Source: Candidatus Latescibacterota bacterium (lineage in GTDB: Bacteria > Latescibacterota > UBA2968 > UBA8231). From it: a stretch of DNA of 64,000 nt. Position numbers and translations under genes: made by a program. The first letter of the stretch is position 1, and every line of letters begins with the position of its first letter. The DNA lies in the NCBI GenBank assembly GCA_965242865.1, contig CBDETK010000013.1, positions 1,216,001 to 1,280,000 on the forward strand. Reading direction: 5' to 3'. Shown piece by piece: positions 9,962 to 18,340 of this stretch. Under the pieces are notes generated by a model. The model was not told the DNA's origin. It made no database searches and worked only from the letters and a program-made list of their open reading frames with translations.

Positions 9962-10585
9962 TCAGCGCGGCGAAAAGCGCGGCTTGCGGCCGTAGCTTAC
10001 GCCGCCGGGGGCTGGCATAGCGGCGACGCCTAGGGCGTTTTGTTGGCTGCCGTGGATGGGGCCGATACAACTGGCTGGGATCTCTTCGGTTAGGACCACG
10101 GTGCCGCGGGCAAAAAAGCGACAGCCCTCCTCGTGGGCCTTGGCCGCGCGAATCTCCACCACGCAGGGGGTGTCGCGTTGGTGGCTGTGCGACTCGGCCG
10201 CCTCGCGCGTCAGCGACAGATGCACGTAATAGCGATCGCCGGCGGAAATGCCCTCGCGGGCAAAGTGCCGCGCCGCGCCGCGGGTCGTACCCATGTAGAG
10301 CCGATCGGGCGGCGGGTCCATAGGCTCGCCGTCCATATCGACGAAAAAACTGTGTCCGTACAGGGCGCGGATGCCGAACTCATTCAGCTCAAAGCGATAC
10401 TGCTCTGGGGCCTTGACTAGGCTGACGATTTCGGCCTCGGTCACCTCTGCGTAGCGTTTTTGTACTTCTTGTACCACCTGATCTAACGGCACGTAGCCGT
10501 ACGCATCAATCTCCAGTCCAAATTCGTCGGGCCGATGCCTGAGCATCAGCGAAAGCAATTTGGAAATGCGACTTGGATTGGCCAC
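9962..10585 (-). CDS. kptA: RNA 2'-phosphotransferase (Tpt1/KptA)
   Basis: SKLLSLMLRH.P, YRFEL, IRALYGHS and RYYVHLS motifs; the catalytic R-H-R-R set appears present. Confidence 0.88.
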   Translation of the reverse strand: MANPSRISKLLSLMLRHRPDEFGLEIDAYGYVPLDQVVQEVQKRYAEVTEAEIVSLVKAPEQYRFELNEFGIRALYGHSFFVDMDGEPMDPPPDRLYMGTTRGAARHFAREGISAGDRYYVHLSLTREAAESHSHQRDTPCVVEIRAAKAHEEGCRFFARGTVVLTEEIPASCIGPIHGSQQNALGVAAMPAPGGVSYGRKPRFSPR

Positions 10586-10636
10586 TGCTCATCGCGTCCT
10601 TTCAGCAATTAGTACGCCGGCCGAGCCGGCGCGGTC

Positions 10637-11092
10637 TTAGGGGTTCCACTGTGCGCGATAGGCTTCAATGGCTCGGGCAACCGCCTCGTCGGATAGGGCC
10701 ACGATTTGGGCTGCCAGCAGGGCCGCATTGCGGGCATTGTCAATGCCGACGGTCGCCACTGGGATTCCCGGGGGCATCTGTACGATGGAGTAGAGCGAAT
10801 CGACTCCCCCGAGCGCGCCCGAGGCAATGGGAACCCCGATGACCGGCAGCGTCGTATGCGCGGCCACGACCCCGGGCAGGGCCGCGGCCAAGCCGGCCCC
10901 GGCGATGATCACCTGAAGGCCACGGCCAGCGGCCTCGCCGGCCCAAGTAGCGGTGCGCTCGGGGTTGCGGTGGGCCGAAGATACGACCATCTCGTAGCCG
11001 AGGCCCAGCTCTTCGAGCACGGCCGCCCCCTTGCGCATGATGTCCTCATCCGAGGTACTGCCCATGATTACGCCAACGCGGATATCTGCCAT
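10637..11092 (-). CDS. purE: N5-CAIR mutase
   Basis: [37 protein letters not shown]. Confidence 0.95.
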   Translation of the reverse strand: MADIRVGVIMGSTSDEDIMRKGAAVLEELGLGYEMVVSSAHRNPERTATWAGEAAGRGLQVIIAGAGLAAALPGVVAAHTTLPVIGVPIASGALGGVDSLYSIVQMPPGIPVATVGIDNARNAALLAAQIVALSDEAVARAIEAYRAQWNP

Positions 11093-11190
11093 TACATGCC
11101 CTCCCTGCAAATTCTATCCCGCACAGCAACGAGCGAGCGTTAAAATAAGCCAAATTGCACAGGTACGACAACTGCCCGCCGCTAGGAACG

Positions 11191-12387
11191 CTAAGAATTG
11201 TTCATCGTGCGGCGCAGGAAAGCGGGAATGTCCAAGTCGCCCGCGGCCGGGCGCGCGGGTTCCTCCTGATGCTCCTGAGGCGTACTGTGGCCCTGGCGCA
11301 GATACGTAGGCACGTCCAAGGAGGTGCCCCCAGTGCCGCCGACGAGGATCGGATTGCCCACGGTCAGCGGATCCGCGTCCGCGTCCTGTGCCGCCGCCTC
11401 GCGGGCCGACGCTTCGGGTTCGCTCTCCTTGTTTAGGTTGAAGCCCGTGGCGATGACCGTCACGCGAATGTTCTCGGTCAAGCTGTCGTCGATTACGGTG
11501 CCGAAGATGATCTCGGCATCCGAGCCGGTGGCCTCGTGGATCAGGGACATGACCTCGTTGGTCTCGTAGAGCGTGAGATTTTTGTCCCCGGCGATGTTGA
11601 TCAACACGCCCTTGGCCCCGGCGATCGACACGTCCTCCAAAAGCGGGCTGTTGATCGCCTTGCGCGCGGCCTCCACGGCCCGCTCTTCGCCGCTGTGCTC
11701 CCCAAGGCCCATAATCGCATCCCCGCCCTTGGAGATCACCGTGCGCACGTCGTTGAAGTCGAGATTGACCATGCCCGGGATCGTAATCAGGTCGGAAATG
11801 CCGCGCGTGGCCTGCATCAGCACTTCGTCGGCTTTGAGAAACGCCTCCTCGAGCGTGGTGTCGCGGCTGCAAACGGTCAGCAGGCGTTCGTTCTTGATGG
11901 TGATCAGGGTGTCCACTTGGTCCTTTAGCTCGGAGATTCCGCTTTTGGCGTTTTTCATCCGCGGCGAGCCTTCCATCAGAAAAGGCTCGGTGACGATGCC
12001 GACTGTCAGGCCCCCTTGCTCGCGGGCGACTTCCGCAACCACCGGGGCGGCCCCCGTGCCCGTGCCGCCCCCCATGCCGGCCGTGATGAAGATCAAGTCC
12101 GAGTCCTGGAGCTGCTTGGCGACCTTGTCGCGGTCTTCTTCAATGGCTTGCCGCCCCACTGCTGGGTCCGCACCCGCCCCCAAGCCCCGCGTGACGCTGC
12201 TGCCAACGCAAATGGGGAAGTCCGCACGCGAGGCTTCCAGCGCTTGGGCATCTGTGTTGACGGCCACGAATTCAACGCCGTGCATCCCGGACTCGATCAT
12301 GCGGTTGATGGCGTTGCCGCCGCTGCCTCCCACGCCGACGACCTTGATTCGCGCCCGATGCTCATTATCAATTAACCGAATTGCCAT
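11191..12387 (-). CDS. ftsZ: Cell division protein FtsZ
   Basis: GVGGSGGNA, AGMGGGTGTG and NLDFND motifs; C-terminal LDIPAFLRR peptide. Confidence 0.98.
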   Translation of the reverse strand: MAIRLIDNEHRARIKVVGVGGSGGNAINRMIESGMHGVEFVAVNTDAQALEASRADFPICVGSSVTRGLGAGADPAVGRQAIEEDRDKVAKQLQDSDLIFITAGMGGGTGTGAAPVVAEVAREQGGLTVGIVTEPFLMEGSPRMKNAKSGISELKDQVDTLITIKNERLLTVCSRDTTLEEAFLKADEVLMQATRGISDLITIPGMVNLDFNDVRTVISKGGDAIMGLGEHSGEERAVEAARKAINSPLLEDVSIAGAKGVLINIAGDKNLTLYETNEVMSLIHEATGSDAEIIFGTVIDDSLTENIRVTVIATGFNLNKESEPEASAREAAAQDADADPLTVGNPILVGGTGGTSLDVPTYLRQGHSTPQEHQEEPARPAAGDLDIPAFLRRTMNNS

Positions 12388-12424
12388 GAGTGTTCCTCCT
12401 CAATTTTCGGGACCCGCACCGCTG

Positions 12425-13597
12425 CTAGTCCCGGGGTTGTAACCACCTTTTTACGCGCCCTAGCACTGAATCGAAGGGGTCTTCAACCAGCACCGACGCC
12501 TCTTTTTGCTCGTTCTCCTGCTGGTGCTCCACTCCGTAGAGGAGCAGGCCCAGCGCCGCAGCATACGGCGGGCTAGCCAACTCGCCAGCCGCCTCAAACC
12601 CGACCGGGCCGCTCAGCCGCACCGGCAGGCCAAAGACCCGCTCGGCCACGGCCGCAGCGCCGGCGATTTGGGCGCCCCCGCCCGTGAGGACGATGCCCGC
12701 GCCCAGCTTGACATCGGGCAACGCGGCCCAGACCTGCCGGCGGGCTAGCGCCAATATCTCCTCCATCCGCGCCTCGACGATGTGGGCCACCGTCGCGCTC
12801 GGCGCGGCCATGCACTTGACCCGCTCGGCCTCGGCCCGCGTGGTGCCCAACCCAACGCCGAGGTCGTTGGTCACGTTCTGCCCGCCCAACCCGATGATGC
12901 CCGAATGGCGCAACCCTTGGCGGGCGAAGACCACCACCTCGGTCGTGCCGCCGCCAATATCGAGCAGGCAGACCCCCATCTGCTGCTCGTCCGCGCTGAG
13001 GACGGCATAGCTCGAAGCGAGTGGGCCGAGGACGACGCTCCGCACCTCAACGCCAGCGCGGAGAATGCAGTGGCAGATGTTCCGCACGGCCGCCGCCGAG
13101 CTGGTGACCACGTGTACACTCGCCTCTAAGCGCACTCCATACATCCCCACGGGATCGAGGATGCCCCGTTGGCCATTGACGGCAAATTCCTGGGGCAAAA
13201 CGTGCAGCACCTCGCGGTCGAACGGCACTTTGACCACGCCGGCCGCGGCGAGGACGCGGGCGCGGTCTTGGGCGCCGATCCAGCCGCCCTCGCCGTCGAT
13301 CGCGACCATGCCCGTGCTATTGAGGCTGGCGATGTATTCGCCCGCAATGCCGGTGTAAACCGAGTCGATTTCGACCCCGGCCATCAACTCGGCTTGGCGC
13401 ATGGCCTCGCCAATGGCATGCACGGTCTTTTCTGCATCCACAATCGCCCCGCGCTGGATCCCTTCCGAGCGGTGCTGGCCCATGCCGATAATCCGCAGCG
13501 GTCGCTCGGCCACCTGCTCGGCAATGACGGCGCAGACCTTGGTCGTGCCCAAGTCCAACCCGGCGATGATGGTGCCGCGCTCTTCGCCCCCGTTCAT
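12425..13597 (-). CDS. ftsA: Cell division protein FtsA
   Basis: GLDLGTTKV, DIGGGTT and LTGGG motifs; C-terminal amphipathic helix VLGRVKRWL; lies between ftsQ and ftsZ. Confidence 0.95.
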   Translation of the reverse strand: MNGGEERGTIIAGLDLGTTKVCAVIAEQVAERPLRIIGMGQHRSEGIQRGAIVDAEKTVHAIGEAMRQAELMAGVEIDSVYTGIAGEYIASLNSTGMVAIDGEGGWIGAQDRARVLAAAGVVKVPFDREVLHVLPQEFAVNGQRGILDPVGMYGVRLEASVHVVTSSAAAVRNICHCILRAGVEVRSVVLGPLASSYAVLSADEQQMGVCLLDIGGGTTEVVVFARQGLRHSGIIGLGGQNVTNDLGVGLGTTRAEAERVKCMAAPSATVAHIVEARMEEILALARRQVWAALPDVKLGAGIVLTGGGAQIAGAAAVAERVFGLPVRLSGPVGFEAAGELASPPYAAALGLLLYGVEHQQENEQKEASVLVEDPFDSVLGRVKRWLQPRD

Positions 13598-14406
13598 CCC
13601 GATTTGGCCCTCTTTTTTCCGACGACCAACTGGCCGGCGTAGCGCAAGTCGATATAGGCCGGATCGGGATGGTTTTGCTCAATGCGCGGCAGCAGCCGGC
13701 GAATGGTGCGGAGCGGGCGGGCCACCTCGTTTGCCGGCAAGCGGACTTCGAGGCCATCGTCGGCCATCCGCAAGCGAATGCCGCCCCCGGAAATCGGCTG
13801 GATACCGGCCACGTTGCGGCAGAACTCTGCGTCCGCGGCCGTGGCCTCCCCCCACCAGCGCAGGATGGCCAGCAGCGCGGAATCCAACACGGCCGCGCCT
13901 AGCTGTACTGAGTCGCCGCCGACAGCTAGCCCGGATATGACGGGCAAATGGCGTGCGGCTGCGCCCGCGGGGAGCAGGACGCCATCGGGCGCGACCCCGT
14001 AGGTTTGGCCCAAATCAACCCAAGCCATTTGGCGGTGCTCGACGATATGGATGGCAATGCGGTCGGGCGGCTTGCGCACCACAAAGGCTTGCTTGGTCCA
14101 ATCCATGGCTTCCACCTGCTGCGCGACCTCGTCCAAGTCAATGGCGAAAATGTTGGCATCGGCTTCAAGACCGCTGGCGGCCCGCACATCCTCCCCACTG
14201 AGCCGCTGCAACCCATCCACCTCAATGGCCTTGAGGCCAAACAGGGAGGCTCGGCCAAAGTAGGAGACCGCCTGATAGGCCGCTAGGGTCGTGCCTGAGA
14301 GCAAGAGCAAGAGCGCGACCCAAGGCCAGCGAGCCTTGCCGGCCTTAGTTGCGCCGCGCGAATCCAGAGTCAGCGGCTTCTTGGCCTTGGTTTTCTTGCG
14401 CTTCAC
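13594..14406 (-). CDS. ftsQ: Cell division protein FtsQ/DivIB
   Basis: Basic N-tail, one TM helix, POTRA domain, C-terminal YIDLRY. Confidence 0.9.
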   Translation of the reverse strand: MKRKKTKAKKPLTLDSRGATKAGKARWPWVALLLLLSGTTLAAYQAVSYFGRASLFGLKAIEVDGLQRLSGEDVRAASGLEADANIFAIDLDEVAQQVEAMDWTKQAFVVRKPPDRIAIHIVEHRQMAWVDLGQTYGVAPDGVLLPAGAAARHLPVISGLAVGGDSVQLGAAVLDSALLAILRWWGEATAADAEFCRNVAGIQPISGGGIRLRMADDGLEVRLPANEVARPLRTIRRLLPRIEQNHPDPAYIDLRYAGQLVVGKKRAKSG

Positions 14407-15791
14407 GACCGCGCTCCGGCGGTCAAGGCCGCAATCAGTTCGGCCGCGGCTTCGCCGATGTCCCCCGCGCCCATGATCAGCACCAAGTCGCCCGGGCGGC
14501 AGATGCCTATTACATGGGCGACGAGTTGGTCGCGGTCGGGCAGGTACTCCACCGCGCGGTGCCCGCGGGCGCGCAAGGCCGCGGCGATCCGCTCGGAGCC
14601 CACGCCCGGCAGCGGGGCCTCCCTAGCGGCATAGACCGCGGCCAGCACCACGCAATCGGCCGCGGCCAATTCGCGGGCAAAGGCCGCGCCCAACGCACGG
14701 GTGCGCGAGTACAGGTGGGGCTGAAACACCGCGATGACTCGGCGACCGCTCTGCCGCGCGGCCGCCAAGGCCGCGGCCAATTCGGCCGGATGATGGGCGT
14801 AGTCATCCACGACCAGCACGCCGGCAAATTCCCCCTTGCACTGAAAGCGCCGGTCGGCCCCGCCAAACTGCTCCAAGGCGTCGGCGATCGCGGCGAACTC
14901 CACTTGCAGGGCGCAGGTCAGGGCGGCGGCTCCAGCGGCATTGCGGACGTTGTGGACGCCGTGGACCTGCAACTCGATTTCGCCCAGCTTTTGCCCGTCA
15001 AAGCACAGGGCAAACCGGCTGCCCCAAGCTCGCTCTTCGAGCTCGGCAATCCGATAGTCGTTGTCGCCAGCCATGCCGTACGTTTGATGGGGGCGTTGCA
15101 AGCCGGCCCGCACCCGCTCGCCAACCAGCCCATCCCCGGCTAGGACGCTGCGGCCGCAGAAGGGCAGGCGGGCGAGAAATTGGCCGAAGGCCCGCTCTAG
15201 GGCCTCCAAGCTCCCGTAGTAATCGAGGTGTTCGGCCTCTACATTGGTCACCAAGGCGAGGCTCGGATACAGGTGCAAGAAGCCGCCGGCAAACTCGTCG
15301 GCCTCCACCACAAAGACCTCGCCGCGGCCCAGGGCCGCTTGGGGCCGCCCGTTTACCCAGCCGCCGATCGAGACTTGGGGCTCAAAGCCAGCGCGGCGCA
15401 AGACCGCGGCCACCATCGAAGCGGTCGTGGTTTTGCCGTGGGTGCCGGCGACCGCCAGGGTCAGGGGCGCACGGGACAGCTCCCCGAGCACCTCGGCGCG
15501 GCTCGCCGTGGGAATGCCCTCGCCGGCGGCCGCCCGCCGCTCGGGATTGTCGGCCGGCACCGCGGCCGAATACACCACCAGATCGACGCCGTGGACGAGC
15601 TGACTGTCGTGCCCGATTGCAACGGCGAATCCCTCTTGGCGCAGCAGCGCGACGCTGGGCGAGTCAGCCAGCTCCGAGCCGCTGACCACGCAGCCCTTGG
15701 CCGCCAAGAGTCGGGCCAAGCCCTCCATGCCCGCGCCGCCGATGCCGACGAGGTGGACGCGGCGATACTGGTCGAAAAGGGTCTTTATCAT
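14403..15791 (-). CDS. murC: UDP-N-acetylmuramate--L-alanine ligase
   Basis: HLVGIGGAGM, AGTHGKTTT, EADE, DDYAHHP and FQPH motifs. ATG 15791 overlaps the ftsW stop (ATGA). Confidence 0.95.
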   Translation of the reverse strand: MIKTLFDQYRRVHLVGIGGAGMEGLARLLAAKGCVVSGSELADSPSVALLRQEGFAVAIGHDSQLVHGVDLVVYSAAVPADNPERRAAAGEGIPTASRAEVLGELSRAPLTLAVAGTHGKTTTASMVAAVLRRAGFEPQVSIGGWVNGRPQAALGRGEVFVVEADEFAGGFLHLYPSLALVTNVEAEHLDYYGSLEALERAFGQFLARLPFCGRSVLAGDGLVGERVRAGLQRPHQTYGMAGDNDYRIAELEERAWGSRFALCFDGQKLGEIELQVHGVHNVRNAAGAAALTCALQVEFAAIADALEQFGGADRRFQCKGEFAGVLVVDDYAHHPAELAAALAAARQSGRRVIAVFQPHLYSRTRALGAAFARELAAADCVVLAAVYAAREAPLPGVGSERIAAALRARGHRAVEYLPDRDQLVAHVIGICRPGDLVLIMGAGDIGEAAAELIAALTAGARS

Positions 15792-16909
15792 GGCCGACGC
15801 ACCAAGCTCTCGCGAGGGCCGGGGACCGTGCGGGCCACGCCCAGCAAGATGCCGACCCCGGCCATGTTCCCCATCAGGGACGAGCCGCCGTAGCTGACAA
15901 AGGGCAGCGGCAAGCCGGTGGTGGGCAGCACCCCGACGACCACGCCGATGTTCAGCAGGGCGTATATCGAAATCATCGCCGTAATGCCAACGGCGACCAA
16001 AAAGCCATAAGCATCGCCGGCACGCGCCCCAATGCGCAGCCCGTAAAACGAGAACGCCACGAAAAGCCCCAATACCACCAAGGCCCCCACGAGCCCCATT
16101 TCCTCGCCGATGACCGAGAAGACAAAGTCGGTGTGCGGCTCGGGCAGGTAGTGCTCTTTTTGCATGCTGTTGCCCAAACCCACCCCCAACAGGCCGCCGT
16201 GGCCCATGCCGCACAGCGACTGCAAGAGTTGATAGGAGCCGGCCGGATCGCGCTCGGGGTCGATGAAGTTGACCAAGCGGCGCATCTGATAGCTCGAATG
16301 CATCAGGGAAAGCCCAACGCCCAACGCCGCCAGCAACCCGGCCCCCGCCAAGTGGTGCAAGCGCATTCCGCCGACCCACAGCATGGTCAGGGCAATCAGC
16401 CCCAGCGCAATCGTCGTCCCCAAGTCGGGCTGGAGGACGATGAGCACCAGCGCACAGCCGACGACCAACAACCGGGGGACAAATCCGTGGCGAAAATTGT
16501 GTAGCTCGTCGCGTTTGCGCACCAACACATCCGCCAAGTAGAGCACCAGCGCCAGCTTGGCGAACTCGGCCGGCTGAAAGGCTACGCTCCCGCCCAAGGC
16601 CGGAATGCTCAACCAGCGTTGGGCCGCGCCATGGCCCCACGCCAAGACCAGCAAGAGCAAGGCCAAGGCCACTAGCATGATCGGCCGCGAAAAGCGCGCC
16701 CACCAATGCAGGGGCAGCCGCGAGAACGCGATCATGAGCACCAAGCCGATGAAGACGCGGACGGACTGCTTCTTGAGGAAGAAGCCCGAATCGCCAAAGC
16801 GCACGTGGGCCAAGACCGAACTAGAGCTATAGACCATGACCAGTCCCAGACCTACCAGTATCAGGCAGATCAGCAACACGCACATGCTGTCGCGCTGAAC
16901 CGCTATCAT
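15788..16909 (-). CDS. ftsW: SEDS family peptidoglycan polymerase FtsW
   Basis: FQPAEFAK, LQPDLG, LPEPHTDF, GLPLPFVSYGGSS. Confidence 0.95.
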   Translation of the reverse strand: MIAVQRDSMCVLLICLILVGLGLVMVYSSSSVLAHVRFGDSGFFLKKQSVRVFIGLVLMIAFSRLPLHWWARFSRPIMLVALALLLLVLAWGHGAAQRWLSIPALGGSVAFQPAEFAKLALVLYLADVLVRKRDELHNFRHGFVPRLLVVGCALVLIVLQPDLGTTIALGLIALTMLWVGGMRLHHLAGAGLLAALGVGLSLMHSSYQMRRLVNFIDPERDPAGSYQLLQSLCGMGHGGLLGVGLGNSMQKEHYLPEPHTDFVFSVIGEEMGLVGALVVLGLFVAFSFYGLRIGARAGDAYGFLVAVGITAMISIYALLNIGVVVGVLPTTGLPLPFVSYGGSSLMGNMAGVGILLGVARTVPGPRESLVRRP

Positions 16910-16972
16910 CCGCGAGGAACTCTTAGGTTTTAGGAGATGGAGAATGCGCTCGGTGGGAGCGAGCGAGCTTCG

Positions 16973-18340
16973 CTACTGCAGAATGCGCTCAACGACTCGT
17001 TCAAAGGCCATCGCCCGGGAGGCCTTGACCAAGACCACGTCGCCGTGGCGCAAGTGCGCCGCCGTAAATTCCCCGAGCTGCTCGCGCCGCTCGAAGTGCC
17101 GCGCTACGTCTTGGCCCATGCCGGCGGCGCGGGCCGCGGCCACCAAGTGCGCGCTTTCGCAGCCGGCCGCCAGTACCATGTCGGCGCACTCGGCGGCCTT
17201 CGCGCCGACGACCGCGTGTAGCCGGCCGCTCTCCGCTCCGAGCTCCAGCATGTCGCCGAGCACGGCGATTTTCCGGCCCCCGGGCAGGGCACTGAGCAGG
17301 TCGAGCGCGGCCGACATCGAGTTGGGACTGGCGTTGTAGCAATCGTCAATGGCTGCGATCCCATTTTTGCGCACGATCTCGCCGCGCTGACTCACCGCCT
17401 CAAACTCGGCGAGGGCGCGCTGGATTCCGTCCCAAGGCACGCCGAGGCAGCGGCCGACCGCGGCCGCGGCCAAGGCATTGTACGCGTTGTGCCGCCCCGG
17501 AACCTTGAGCTCGATGGGAACATGATGTAGAAGGAAGTGGCCGCAGCCCTTCTGGTCGAGTACGAGCCTCTCCCCACGAAACTCGCTCTCACGCGCAAAA
17601 CCGAAGGTCAGGAGTCTCCCCTTTGTCCTCTTTACCTCCTGAGCCACGACACGGTCATCGGCGTTGACGAGAGCCGTTAAAGACTCGTCCAGATAATCCA
17701 GAAGCTCCCCTTTGGCCTTGGCCACTCCTTCTACAGACCCGAAAAACTCTATGTGTGCAGTCCCGATGTTGAGCAAAACCCCAACGGTCGGTTCGGCCAC
17801 CGAGCACAAATAGCGAATGTCCCCTACGCGCCGCGCTGCCAATTCCAACACCACCGCCTCGTGCCGCGGCGACAGGTGCAGCAACGTGCGGGGCACCCCG
17901 ATCTCGTTGTTCTCGCTGCCGATGGTTTTCAAAACGCAGTACCGCTGCCCCAAGACCGCGGCGATCATTTCCTTGGTCGTCGTCTTGCCCGCGCTGCCGA
18001 CGACCGCCACCACCGGAATCGCCCAACGCCGCCGATACGCCCGCGCTAAATCGCCCAGCGCGTGCAGCGTCGAGTCGACGGCCAACAGCGGACCAGCGGC
18101 CGCTTGGGCCAACCCGGGCCAGCCGCGTTCTACGACGGCGGCGCAGGCGCCGCGGGCAAAGGCCGCCTCGACGAAGTCGTGCCCGTCAAAGTGCTCGCCC
18201 CGCAGCGCGACGAACAACTCGCCCTCGGCCACGGACCGGCTATCGGTCGCCACCGCTTGCAGGGCGCGGTCCGGCTGGAGGCGGCCGACCGGATCGGCCC
18301 CTGTCCACTGCACCACCTCGTTCAGGGTCACGGCGCGCAT
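16973..18340 (-). CDS. murF: UDP-MurNAc-tripeptide--D-Ala-D-Ala ligase
   Basis: TDSR, FDGHDF, GSAGKTTTKE, NNEIGVP, DDCYNASP, GDMLELG, VKASR. Confidence 0.95.
   Translation of the reverse strand: MRAVTLNEVVQWTGADPVGRLQPDRALQAVATDSRSVAEGELFVALRGEHFDGHDFVEAAFARGACAAVVERGWPGLAQAAAGPLLAVDSTLHALGDLARAYRRRWAIPVVAVVGSAGKTTTKEMIAAVLGQRYCVLKTIGSENNEIGVPRTLLHLSPRHEAVVLELAARRVGDIRYLCSVAEPTVGVLLNIGTAHIEFFGSVEGVAKAKGELLDYLDESLTALVNADDRVVAQEVKRTKGRLLTFGFARESEFRGERLVLDQKGCGHFLLHHVPIELKVPGRHNAYNALAAAAVGRCLGVPWDGIQRALAEFEAVSQRGEIVRKNGIAAIDDCYNASPNSMSAALDLLSALPGGRKIAVLGDMLELGAESGRLHAVVGAKAAECADMVLAAGCESAHLVAAARAAGMGQDVARHFERREQLGEFTAAHLRHGDVVLVKASRAMAFERVVERILQ
17526..17735 (-). ncRNA. Putative structured RNA element embedded in murF mRNA
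   Basis: 16-bp long-range stem (17526-17542 with 17720-17735), inner 7-bp stem (17549-17555 with 17698-17704) and four internal hairpins. Atypical codons in this stretch. Folded by eye only. Confidence 0.55.

Noticed and set aside
9602-10070. Long N-terminal extensions of glnE and glnB
   Set aside because: They overlap the neighbouring real genes. PII is the canonical 112 aa from GTG 9944.
11093-11190. Purine/ZTP riboswitch before purE
   Set aside because: The intergenic region is short and lacks recognisable conserved motifs.
14403-16706. 767-aa ORF as a MurG-MurC or other fusion
   Set aside because: The N-terminal 305 codons are an alternative frame of ftsW with no MurG motifs. True murC starts at 15791.
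17508-17774. RNase P RNA, 6S, tmRNA or an intron inside murF
   Set aside because: No GAGGAAAGTCC or tRNA-like ends are present, and MurF is colinear without an insertion. The structure is reported as an unknown element instead.
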